DNA of 64,000 nt from an uncultured delta proteobacterium (lineage in GTDB: Bacteria; Desulfobacterota; Syntrophia; Syntrophales; UBA2185). The translations under genes and the position numbers were made by a program. Below, piece by piece: positions 42,288 to 51,943 of this stretch. Positions within the stretch are counted from its first letter, which is position 1. The number at the start of each line of letters is the position of its first letter. The notes under the pieces were generated by a model, which saw only the letters and a list, made by a program, of their open reading frames with translations, was not told the DNA's origin and did not search any database. The DNA lies in the NCBI GenBank assembly GCA_963729715.1, contig CAVSPA010000004.1, positions 192,001-256,000 on the forward strand, given 5' to 3'.

Positions 42288-44768
42288 ATGGGAAATAGAG
42301 ATATGTTTGATTTTTTGAAGAATAGGGAAAACGACCGTGAGACAATGACAATGCCCCTGTTGCCATTGAGAGACGTCGTCGTGTTTCCGCACATGATAGT
42401 ACCGCTCTTCGTAGGCAGAGAGCGGTCCATTGCGGCGCTCGAATCCGCCATGAAGAGTGAAAAAGGCATATTCATGGTGGCGCAGAAGAGTGCCCAAAAA
42501 GATGAACCGGCAGAAAGTGATATTCATAAGGTGGGCGCCATAGGAGTTATTATTCAGCTTTTAAGGCTTCCGGACGGTACGGTAAAGGTGCTGGTGGAAG
42601 GAAAGAAGAGGGGAATAATAAGAGAGTATCTGGCGAATGAAGATTTCTTCTTAGTAAATGTTGAAGAGATCCAGGATATTGATGACAGAAATCAGGTAAA
42701 GGCTGAAGCTTTAACAAGAAATATCCGTGAGTCTTTTGAGAACTATGCAAAACTCGGTAAGAAAGTGCATGTGGAGATGGTCAGCACAATTGCTTCTATT
42801 GACAGCCCTTCGAAACTGGCGGATGTCGTTGCATCTCATATAAGCCTCAAGCTTGAGGAAAAACAAAAACTGTTAGAGATATTCGATGTCAATGAAAGAC
42901 TTGAAGCCGTCTACGAGCTGATGCTCGGAGAGATCGAGATAATGGAGGTTGAAGAAAAAATAAAACGCCGGGTCAAGAAACAGATGGAGAAGACTCAGAA
43001 AGACTATTATCTCAACGAGCAGATGCGAGCCATCCAGAAAGAAATGGGAGAAAAGGATGACTTCCGGAATGAAATAGCCGAACTCGAAAAAAGACTAAAA
43101 CAAAAGAAATTATCGGAAGAAGCGCATAAGAAGGTTAGGCATGAGATTAAGAAACTGCAGATGATGGCACCCATGTCTGCGGAAGCAACGGTGGTGAGGA
43201 ATTACATAGATTGGCTGCTGGATATGCCGTGGGCCGAGAAAACGGAAAATAAGCATACACTCAAGGAATCCGAGGTAATCCTGGAGGAAGATCACTATGG
43301 TCTAAAACAAGTGAAGGAGCGGATTTTAGAATACTTGGCCGTTCAGTCTCTCGTGAAGAAAAATAAAGGCCCCATACTTTGTTTTGTCGGGCCCCCGGGA
43401 GTCGGAAAGACTTCCGTGGCGAAATCTGTCGCTCGCGCAACAAACAGGAAGTTTGTCAGACTTTCTCTTGGTGGCGTCAGGGACGAAGCGGAGATTAGAG
43501 GGCACAGACGAACGTATATCGGGGCTCTGCCCGGCAAGATAGTACAGCTGATAAAGAAGGCGGGATCGAATAATCCCGTATTCTGCCTTGATGAAGTGGA
43601 TAAACTGAGTTCCGATTTCAGAGGTGATCCATCGGCTGCGCTGTTGGAGGTTCTTGACCCGGAACAGAATAATGCCTTCAATGATAATTATCTTGAGGTG
43701 GACTATGATCTGTCTGATGTGATGTTTATTACTACGGCTAATATTCTGCAAACAATACCGCCTGCCTTGCAAGATAGGATGGAGGTGATTCGTCTTGCCG
43801 GATATACCGAACCGGAAAAATTGAACATCGCAAATAAATTTCTCGTCTCGAAAGAGATGGAGGCTAACGGTCTTACAAAGGATAGCATAGCATTCTCCGA
43901 CGGCGCACTACTGTCCATCATCAGACAATATACGAGGGAGGCGGGCGTCCGCAATCTGGAGAGGGAAATTGCCTCAGTTTGCAGAAAGGTTGCCAAGGAA
44001 ATAGCGACAAATGGCGCAGGCCGTAAAGTCAAGATCAGTTCAAAATCGATGCCCAAATATCTTGGTGTACCGAAATTCAGGCATGGAGAAACCGAAGGCA
44101 AGGACGAAATCGGCTTATCTATAGGCTTGGCCTGGACCGAAGTCGGTGGCGAACTCCTCACCATAGAATCTTCGCTGATGAAGGGAACCGGCAAGATGGT
44201 GATGACCGGTAAACTGGGCGACGTAATGCAGGAATCCGTCCAGGCGGCCTTGACATACGTCCGGGCGAGGGCGGATAAATTCGGTCTTGATGAAAATTTT
44301 TACAAGGAGACGGATGTGCATGTGCATGTGCCCGAGGGAGCCATACCCAAGGATGGACCGTCCGCGGGGATAGCCGTAGCCACTTCCATTGCCTCGGCTT
44401 TCATGAAAAGGAAAGTCCGCGGAGATTTGGCCATGACCGGGGAGATTACGCTCAGGGGCAGGGTACTACCTATAGGCGGACTAAAAGAGAAACTGCTTGC
44501 GGCGCACCGCGGAAATTTGAAGACAGTAATTATTCCCAAAGATAACGAAAAAGATATCGCAGAAGTGCCGGCAAATGTTTTGAAGGCCCTCGAAATCATC
44601 TTTGTGGAGCACATGGATGAAGTTATGCGGGTAGCACTGGTTCCAGGCGATGAATTGGAGAGGCGTGAGGAGCTTGAGGAGGATACGCCGATTAGCCGGC
44701 CATCTATTCAGATGACAGAGACGATTCATCCCCTTGGACAGAGTAGTGCAAACGAAAAGCTGAACTAA
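42288..44768 (+). CDS. lon: Lon protease
   Basis: LPLRDVVVFP, GPPGVGKT, DGPSAG, GGLKEK. Confidence 0.98.
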   Translation: MGNRDMFDFLKNRENDRETMTMPLLPLRDVVVFPHMIVPLFVGRERSIAALESAMKSEKGIFMVAQKSAQKDEPAESDIHKVGAIGVIIQLLRLPDGTVKVLVEGKKRGIIREYLANEDFFLVNVEEIQDIDDRNQVKAEALTRNIRESFENYAKLGKKVHVEMVSTIASIDSPSKLADVVASHISLKLEEKQKLLEIFDVNERLEAVYELMLGEIEIMEVEEKIKRRVKKQMEKTQKDYYLNEQMRAIQKEMGEKDDFRNEIAELEKRLKQKKLSEEAHKKVRHEIKKLQMMAPMSAEATVVRNYIDWLLDMPWAEKTENKHTLKESEVILEEDHYGLKQVKERILEYLAVQSLVKKNKGPILCFVGPPGVGKTSVAKSVARATNRKFVRLSLGGVRDEAEIRGHRRTYIGALPGKIVQLIKKAGSNNPVFCLDEVDKLSSDFRGDPSAALLEVLDPEQNNAFNDNYLEVDYDLSDVMFITTANILQTIPPALQDRMEVIRLAGYTEPEKLNIANKFLVSKEMEANGLTKDSIAFSDGALLSIIRQYTREAGVRNLEREIASVCRKVAKEIATNGAGRKVKISSKSMPKYLGVPKFRHGETEGKDEIGLSIGLAWTEVGGELLTIESSLMKGTGKMVMTGKLGDVMQESVQAALTYVRARADKFGLDENFYKETDVHVHVPEGAIPKDGPSAGIAVATSIASAFMKRKVRGDLAMTGEITLRGRVLPIGGLKEKLLAAHRGNLKTVIIPKDNEKDIAEVPANVLKALEIIFVEHMDEVMRVALVPGDELERREELEEDTPISRPSIQMTETIHPLGQSSANEKLN

Positions 44769-44813
44769 TTATTTCTTGACATCGGGAGATACAGTTGTTA
44801 GGGCAAATCTTAC

Positions 44814-44889
44814 AGGCGGGTAGCTCAGCTGGCAGAGCGCCACGCTTACACCGTGGAAGTCACAGGTTCGAGTCCTGTTCCGCCTACCA
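44814..44889 (+). tRNA. tRNA-Val(TAC)
   Basis: CCACG-CTTACAC-CGTGG anticodon arm, GGTTCGAGTCC, CCA. Confidence 0.96.
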
Positions 44890-44980
44890 AAGAAAAAATA
44901 GGTAATGACCTATATATTAATTATTGCGCATTGAAAATACGAGCAAGAAAGTTTTGAAATTTAAAGAAATATGTCATTTT

Positions 44981-45057
<77 letters not shown>

Positions 45058-45063
45058 AAAATG

Positions 45064-45097
45064 AAGAGGGGTTGACCATTAGGTTGACTCCTTTTTT
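45064..45097 (+). terminator. Intrinsic terminator after tRNA-Asp
   Basis: AGGGGTTGACC-ATTA-GGTTGACTCCT stem with G-U pairs, then T-run. Confidence 0.7.
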
Positions 45098-45143
45098 GTT
45101 TTTGCTCACAAGCAGACTTTCCAATGCATTAGAAGAGGGCGAT

Positions 45144-46016
45144 GTGAAATACGAAGGAGATGTAATAAGGCCACCGAGTGAGGCCAACAGCATGTTGCTG
45201 CAAGTAACGGTGGGCTGCTCCCACAATAAGTGCAGCTTTTGCCCTGCCTATAAGAAAAAGAAATTCAGGATAAAATCATACGATGATATTCTGGAAGATA
45301 TCCTTGAAGCAAGCCGCTGGCGCTCTATCGATAAGGTGTTTCTTTGCGACGGCGATGCCCTCATCATACCGCAGGAAAGGCTCAGGCAGATATTGGGCTT
45401 GATACACACACATATCCAGGACGTGAAGAGGGTGGGGACATATGCCAATGCCAAGAGCATCCTGCGAAAAACCCTTGACGAACTGGTCCAGTTAAGAGAG
45501 CTCGGTCTCAGAATAGTATATATGGGCATCGAAACTGGAAACGATGAATTGCTAAGGAAGATAGAAAAGGGGGTAACCTCTGCCCAGATACTCGAGGCCG
45601 GCCGCCGAATCAAAGAGGCGGGTATCGAGTTATCTGTTACTGTTATACTTGGTCTGGGAGGCAGCAGGCAGAACACTGAACATGTCAATGATACGGCAAG
45701 AATCCTGACTGATATAGATCCTGAATATGCAAGTGCCCTGACGCTTATGCTCATGCCTGGAACACCATTGTATGCGGAATATGAATCGGGAAATTTTACG
45801 CTGCCCGATAAGTTTGATTTGCTGAGAGAACTGGCGGGAATTATCGAAAAGTCCGATTTCAGTGGCTGTTACTTTACTTCGAATCATGCGTCAAATTATC
45901 TTCCCATAAAGGCGAGGTTGCCTTCAGAAAAGGAGAAGACTGTAATTAGGATATATAACACGATCAAGAAAAATGATGTGAAATCTCTAAGACCGGAATA
46001 TATGAGGGGCTTCTAA
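45144..46016 (+). CDS. Radical SAM protein
   Basis: YEG...RPPSEA, CSHNKCSFC, FL.DGD, SNHASNY; GTG start with GAGGG RBS. Confidence 0.88.
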   Translation: MKYEGDVIRPPSEANSMLLQVTVGCSHNKCSFCPAYKKKKFRIKSYDDILEDILEASRWRSIDKVFLCDGDALIIPQERLRQILGLIHTHIQDVKRVGTYANAKSILRKTLDELVQLRELGLRIVYMGIETGNDELLRKIEKGVTSAQILEAGRRIKEAGIELSVTVILGLGGSRQNTEHVNDTARILTDIDPEYASALTLMLMPGTPLYAEYESGNFTLPDKFDLLRELAGIIEKSDFSGCYFTSNHASNYLPIKARLPSEKEKTVIRIYNTIKKNDVKSLRPEYMRGF

Positions 46017-46025
46017 GAGAGGGGA

Positions 46026-46910
46026 TTGGTTATCTTGGGCAATAGAATTCTCGCAAAGATCAGGAACTGGTTTTCTCCCGACAACCAGGCGCGACTGGAG
46101 GAGGAAATCCAGTCCATAATAGACGCCGGGGAAGAGAAAGGGCTCATCGATCAGCAATCCGGGGAGATGATTCAGAGTATACTTGAATTCCGGGACACCG
46201 TAGTCAGGGAGGTGATGATTCCGAGAACGGAAATGGTAGCTATCAGAAGCGATGCTACTGTCGAAGAGATTCTTGAACTTACCATAAAATTTGGACATAC
46301 GAGGATGCCCGTGTATGCTGAAAATGTGGACAACATTCTCGGCATTCTGAATGTCAAGGATCTTCTAAAATTCTGGTCAAAATCTATAGCGGAAACGGAT
46401 ATCCTGTCGAGCCTGCGAAAGCCCTATTACATTCCTGAAACAAAGAATACACATCATCTGCTCCATGAATTGAAGCAGAAGAAATACCACATGGCAATCG
46501 TGATAGATGAGTATGGCGGGACCTCCGGCCTCGTCACACTTGAAGACCTCATTGAGGAAATTGTCGGAGAAATCCATGACGAACATGACGCGAAAAAGGG
46601 CAGTATCGTTGAATTAAGCGATGGTTATACCCTGATTGACGGAAGGGTGGAAATCGAGGCTATTGAAGATTACTTAGGGGTGAAGTTTCAAGAAGGAAAA
46701 TTTGAGACCCTCGGCGGATTTATACTTAACCTGCTGAGAAAAATTCCCGTGACCGGAGAGATTATTCATGTCGATAATCTGGAAATGATAATTGACTCAG
46801 CGGACGAACGAAGCGTGAAAAGGGTCAAGTTAAAAAGGTTGGAAGGATCCCCGGCACGGAGTGAAGGGACAGTGATAAGAATTGAGAACGCAAAGCTTGA
46901 GGATAAATAG
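46026..46910 (+). CDS. CorC/HlyC-family CBS-domain protein
   Basis: REVMIPR, tandem [29 protein letters not shown]; upstream of lnt. Confidence 0.92.
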   Translation: MVILGNRILAKIRNWFSPDNQARLEEEIQSIIDAGEEKGLIDQQSGEMIQSILEFRDTVVREVMIPRTEMVAIRSDATVEEILELTIKFGHTRMPVYAENVDNILGILNVKDLLKFWSKSIAETDILSSLRKPYYIPETKNTHHLLHELKQKKYHMAIVIDEYGGTSGLVTLEDLIEEIVGEIHDEHDAKKGSIVELSDGYTLIDGRVEIEAIEDYLGVKFQEGKFETLGGFILNLLRKIPVTGEIIHVDNLEMIIDSADERSVKRVKLKRLEGSPARSEGTVIRIENAKLEDK

Positions 46911-48453
46911 AAAAATATTATTTTTGAGCGTTGCTTCGGGAATCCTCCTCTTTCTTTCCTTTCCCAAACACGGTGCGGGGGTAATGGCATGGGTGGCCTT
47001 GATTCCCCTTTTTTTTGCCCTCAGGGATGCCAATGATATCCGGGATGGGTTGATCGCAGGCTTCGTGGCAGGCCTTACGTTCAATATAGGCATCATGTAT
47101 TGGATTACGTTTGTCGTTGTCCACTATGGACATCTTGCATATTCTATAGGCATCTTTCTCATGATCCTTGTCGCGGCCTACTTGAGCATATACGTTGCTT
47201 TGTTTGCAGCGGGCGTCGTATATTTCTCGGGCAAAGGCATCTCCGGGATTATCGTGGCGCCGGCTTTATGGACGTGTCTGGAATACGGAAAGTCTCATCT
47301 GCTGACGGGATTTCCCTGGGAGAACTTGGCTTATTCTCAACATCTCAATAGGTATCTGATTCAGGTAGTCGATATAACCGGGACATATGGAATCACATTT
47401 GTTATCATCCTCGTGAATGTAGTTCTCTACGATGTCCTGAAGGAGAGATTCAGAGGACGGCGGGCAATGGGAGAAGTTTCCTTGTGTTGTATAATCGTGC
47501 TCGGCATGTACTGTTACGGGTACATCCGTACAGAGCAGATAGAGAAGGTCTCGCAGGCAGCCGAGACGATGGATGTTGCCGTTGTTCAAGGGAATATAGA
47601 TCAAAGCGTTAAATGGAATCCCGACTTTCAGTTTGATACGATCAAGGCATACAAAAATCTATCACTGGAGAAAAAAACGTCGCGACCGCGCTTGACCGTG
47701 TGGCCGGAAACAGCAGCACCGTTCTTCTTTCAGGATGCGAATATGATGCAAGGCGAGATTCTGGATGTGGCCCGCATCTCGGGTGATTGGCTCCTTTTTG
47801 GAAGTCCCAGCTATCAGAAGGATTGTGATGGGGTTGCCGGGTGTGTGTCGTTTTTAAACAGCGCTTTTCTATTATCACCGCAAGGAAGCATTGTTGGGCG
47901 TTACGACAAGGTGCATCTTGTGCCTTATGGTGAATATGTGCCGTTGAGAGAGATGTTTCCCTTCGTCAGTAAACTGGTTGTCGGCGTGGGGGATTTCCGA
48001 TCAGGCGAGGGATATAAGCCTCTGACCATGGACGGCCATAAGCTTGGCGTCCTGATCTGTTATGAGGGGATATTTCCCGAGGCGAGCAGGGCGTATAAAA
48101 GAATGGGTGCTGATTTACTTGTGAATATAACAAATGATGCATGGTTTGGAAGGACGTCGGCGCCGTATCAACATCTTTCCATGACCGTGTTCAGGGCAGT
48201 GGAAAATCGCCTGTATATAGCGAGAAGCGCAAATACGGGAATTAGTGCCATAATCGATCCCACAGGAAGGGTCGTCGCACAGACGGAATTGTTTGAGAGA
48301 ATAGCCTTGAGAAATACGATAGGATTTATTAACAACAAGACATTCTATTCGGTATACGGGGATGTTTTTGTTCTAATTTCCATGGCAGCCTTGGTTTGTT
48401 GCATAATAATGAGTTTGAGGAGGAAGAATGTTGACGCTTACAGGAATCAATGA
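46882..48453 (+). CDS. lnt: Apolipoprotein N-acyltransferase
   Basis: GFPW, QGNI, WPETA, YDKVHLVPYGE, ICYE, TNDAWF; start uncertain. Confidence 0.95.
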   Translation: MRTQSLRINRKILFLSVASGILLFLSFPKHGAGVMAWVALIPLFFALRDANDIRDGLIAGFVAGLTFNIGIMYWITFVVVHYGHLAYSIGIFLMILVAAYLSIYVALFAAGVVYFSGKGISGIIVAPALWTCLEYGKSHLLTGFPWENLAYSQHLNRYLIQVVDITGTYGITFVIILVNVVLYDVLKERFRGRRAMGEVSLCCIIVLGMYCYGYIRTEQIEKVSQAAETMDVAVVQGNIDQSVKWNPDFQFDTIKAYKNLSLEKKTSRPRLTVWPETAAPFFFQDANMMQGEILDVARISGDWLLFGSPSYQKDCDGVAGCVSFLNSAFLLSPQGSIVGRYDKVHLVPYGEYVPLREMFPFVSKLVVGVGDFRSGEGYKPLTMDGHKLGVLICYEGIFPEASRAYKRMGADLLVNITNDAWFGRTSAPYQHLSMTVFRAVENRLYIARSANTGISAIIDPTGRVVAQTELFERIALRNTIGFINNKTFYSVYGDVFVLISMAALVCCIIMSLRRKNVDAYRNQ

Positions 48454-49523
48454 AAGCATGCTGGAATTGAAAAGGAGAATAGATCATCTCGGAGAGTGTC
48501 TTTGACATAACAGAAAAACAAAAGCGCATCCAAGAACTGGAAAAGGCATCACTCAGCGAGAATTTTTGGAATGAGCAGGATAAGGCGCGTGAAACCCTGA
48601 AGGACAAGAATAAGCTCGAAACGATCGTTGATAACTGGAAGAAGTTAAAGGACGGCATCGACGACATGGAAATCCTGCTCGATCTGGCACGCGAAGAAGA
48701 CGATGACCAAACTGCAGCAGAGATCGAAAAAGACTTAGACAGGCTCAAATCATCCGTAAGAGACGCAGAATTGAAACTGATGTTGGGGTCTCCGCAGGAT
48801 GCAATGAATTCCATAATGACAATACATGCGGGTGCGGGGGGAACCGAGGCTCAGGACTGGGCGGAGATGCTGCTGCGCATGTATTTGCGGTGGGCGGAAC
48901 GGAGAGGCTATTCGACCACCATTATCGATTATCAACCCGGTGATGAAGCGGGTCTAAAGAGCGTTTCCATAACCATTGAAGGAGACTATGCATACGGCTA
49001 TGCCAAGGCGGAAATCGGCATACACAGGCTTGTGCGCATATCGCCTTTTGATTCCGGAGCGCGCCGGCATACGTCATTCGCTTCCGTTTTTGTCTATCCT
49101 GAAGTGGACGACGAGATAGTCGTTGAAATCGACGACAATGATCTGCGCATAGATACCTATAGGGCCACGGGTGCGGGAGGGCAGCATGTCAATAAGACGG
49201 ATTCTGCCGTCAGGATCACGCATCTGCCGACGGGGATAGTGGTGCAATGTCAGAATGAACGTTCTCAGCACAAGAACAAAGCGATGGCCATGAAGTTCTT
49301 GAAGTCGCGTCTTTACGAAATGCAGCTGCAGGAACAGAAAAAAAAGATCGACGAACAGAATAAAGCAAAAAAAGATATCGCCTGGGGCAGCCAGATAAGA
49401 TCCTACATCCTTCACCCCTATAAATTAGTGAAGGATCACCGGACAAATCTTGAGATCGGCAATGTGAATAGAGTATTGGACGGCGACATAGATGATCTTA
49501 TTCAAGCATATCTGTTGAATTAA
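48428..49523 (+). CDS. prfB: Peptide chain release factor 2 (programmed +1 frameshift at 48500-48506)
   Basis: ATG 48428 in frame with CTT TGA C, internal SD GGAGAG 3 nt upstream; SPF and GGQ motifs in +1 frame. Confidence 0.96.
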
Positions 49524-49622
49524 AAAGTACAATGCATCAGCGGAATATGATATACACAGCGTGCATCTTGCCTCTGATGCCAAGGTCTGTAGTCGTATAC
49601 AAAGAGAAAGGAGTTTATTGAG

Positions 49623-51482
49623 ATGTCAAGAGAAAGCCGATTTCTCCTGCGACTTATTTTCATATGTTTGCTGCTCTGCCAGATACTCCCAATCAGTAAT
49701 GCCTACGGAGAGATGAAAACCGGAAATGAGCCGTCTCTGATCGTCGTTGGTCCGGAAAAATCAAAGGACAATGACGGAAGTGAGGTATCGCCATCTGCGA
49801 AACATGGGCTTCCTGCGAAAGGTGCACTGAACGAACAAGAGAGAGAAAAGGGCAGGGACATAATGGAAGAGGCGCTTGAACTCCTTGACGAATCGCGAGA
49901 ATACTGGGTCAAGGGTGATCTCGAGAATGCGTTGGATTTGCTCGATCAGGCTTATGCTCTGCTTCTTGATGCGAATGGCGAGCCCGATATCGCTCGCCAG
50001 AAGGACGACATACGCCTCCTTATCTCAAAGCAGATCCTTGCTATCTACTCGTCGATGCACACTACGACAAGCGGTAAGCACAGTGAAATACCGCATGTGA
50101 TCAATTCGGATGTAGAGAAGGAAATCAGGCTCTTTCAAACGGTAGAAAGAGATTTTTTTATCCAGTCACAGGAACGTTCCACATTGTATCGGCCTATAAT
50201 CTTGAAGGAGTTGAAGAATGCAGGGTTACCTGAGGAGCTTGCATGGCTTCCCCTGGTAGAAAGCGGATTCAAAATTCACGCCTTGTCACGCGCGCGCGCC
50301 CTTGGCCTTTGGCAGTTCATTCCTTCTACGGGCTATAAGTACGGCCTAAACCGCGACGAATGGCTCGATGAAAGATTGGATGCGGAAAAATCGACCAGGG
50401 CTGCGATTGACTATCTGAAGGAGCTACACGACATGTTCGGCGACTGGCTTACAGTTCTGGCAGCATACAATTGCGGAGAAGGTAGGGTCCTCAAGGTCAT
50501 ATCGAGGCAGCATATCAACTATTTCGACAGATTCTGGGACTTGTACCGTCAACTCCCTTATGAGACGGCTCGTTACGTACCCCGCTTCCTAGCGACTCTG
50601 CAAATAATAAAGAATCCCAAGAAGTACGGCTTTGATTTTAGTGAGAGTCCTGCCGGGCAAAATACCTACCGCTATGAAACGGTGAAAACAGATAAGTCCA
50701 TGCGTCTCTCGGATATCGCAAGCCACCTGGGAACTCCGGAGGAGACAATTACTACGCTTAATTCGGAGTTAAGACAAAGTATTACGCCTGATAAAGAATA
50801 TAATCTCAAGGTGCCTCCGGGAATGGCTGAAAAAACCGCGAAGATTATGGATGAAGTTCCCAAATGCGAGAAGCCGCGCGAGGTATTTGTGCACTACAAA
50901 GCGAAACGGGGAGAGACAGTTGTGGCGGTCGCGCGTAAATACAGAACATCTATAAGTGCGATAATGGCATATAATAACGTATCCAGCGGTAAGAGGTTGA
51001 GGGCAGGCCAGCATTTGATCATACCCGTTCACGGCAGCGGTTATGCGAGGGCTAAATCAACTCAGCAATCAGACAAGGATGATATCCAGGTAAACGGGGA
51101 AACGATAAAATACAGGGCAAAAAAAGGCGATACGCTCGCTTCTGTAGCAAGGCGCTTTGATACAACTGTCGATGAAATTAAAAGGTTAAACAAATTCAAA
51201 AAGCGTAAAGCCCTCAAAAGAGGCCAGGTCATCCTGGTAAGTAACAAGAACGGGGAAAAGCAACAGGGCAACGGGTCAGACAAAGAAATGCATAAGAATG
51301 TCAGTAAGAGAAACAAAGAAGCGGCGTCTAACGACGGCGGTAAAACATACACGGTGCGAAACGGAGACAACCTAGGCAAAATTGCGAAGAAGAATGGAGT
51401 CAGTCTGCATAAAATCCTGGAAATGAATAAATTGGCGCGTGAAGATAACATACATCCGGGTCAAGTCATAATCCTGAAATGA
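49623..51482 (+). CDS. MltD-like lytic transglycosylase with LysM repeats
   Basis: VES, ALGLWQF, LAAYN, ETARYVP; three clear LysM domains. Confidence 0.92.
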   Translation: MSRESRFLLRLIFICLLLCQILPISNAYGEMKTGNEPSLIVVGPEKSKDNDGSEVSPSAKHGLPAKGALNEQEREKGRDIMEEALELLDESREYWVKGDLENALDLLDQAYALLLDANGEPDIARQKDDIRLLISKQILAIYSSMHTTTSGKHSEIPHVINSDVEKEIRLFQTVERDFFIQSQERSTLYRPIILKELKNAGLPEELAWLPLVESGFKIHALSRARALGLWQFIPSTGYKYGLNRDEWLDERLDAEKSTRAAIDYLKELHDMFGDWLTVLAAYNCGEGRVLKVISRQHINYFDRFWDLYRQLPYETARYVPRFLATLQIIKNPKKYGFDFSESPAGQNTYRYETVKTDKSMRLSDIASHLGTPEETITTLNSELRQSITPDKEYNLKVPPGMAEKTAKIMDEVPKCEKPREVFVHYKAKRGETVVAVARKYRTSISAIMAYNNVSSGKRLRAGQHLIIPVHGSGYARAKSTQQSDKDDIQVNGETIKYRAKKGDTLASVARRFDTTVDEIKRLNKFKKRKALKRGQVILVSNKNGEKQQGNGSDKEMHKNVSKRNKEAASNDGGKTYTVRNGDNLGKIAKKNGVSLHKILEMNKLAREDNIHPGQVIILK

Positions 51483-51490
51483 TGTTACTC

Positions 51491-51943
51491 TCATCTAATG
51501 TCATAACCCTTCAGCATATAGAATAGCTCCTGTTGCTTTTTTTTCATCCTTTGAGTATTCACCTTACTGACATTCTCGTGGTTGTAATCAAGAAGATGAA
51601 GGACGCCATGAATCATAAGGAATGCCAGCTCGTCATCAAAAGCCATACCGGATTTCTCGGCATCCCTGAGGGCTGTTTCCGCAGAAATTACAATGTCGCC
51701 CAAGATGTTGGGATTGATATCCCCGAATTCCCCTTCAGTAAGAGAGAAGGATATGACATTTGTCGGGTAATCCCTGCTTAAATAATGTCTGTTAATTTCC
51801 CTTATTTCCCTGTCCCCGACAAACAGCAGGCTAATAACCTTATCGCTGCAATTGACGAGCTTCATAATCCTGATCATCGCCCGTCGTACGCTGCCCCGGT
51901 CAATGCTTATTTGCTTCTGCCTGTTTTCTATTATGACTGGCAT
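51491..51943 (-). CDS. ybeY: rRNA maturation endoribonuclease YbeY
   Basis: PTNVISF, LGDIVIS, HGVLHLLDYNH. Confidence 0.95.
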   Translation of the reverse strand: MPVIIENRQKQISIDRGSVRRAMIRIMKLVNCSDKVISLLFVGDREIREINRHYLSRDYPTNVISFSLTEGEFGDINPNILGDIVISAETALRDAEKSGMAFDDELAFLMIHGVLHLLDYNHENVSKVNTQRMKKKQQELFYMLKGYDIR

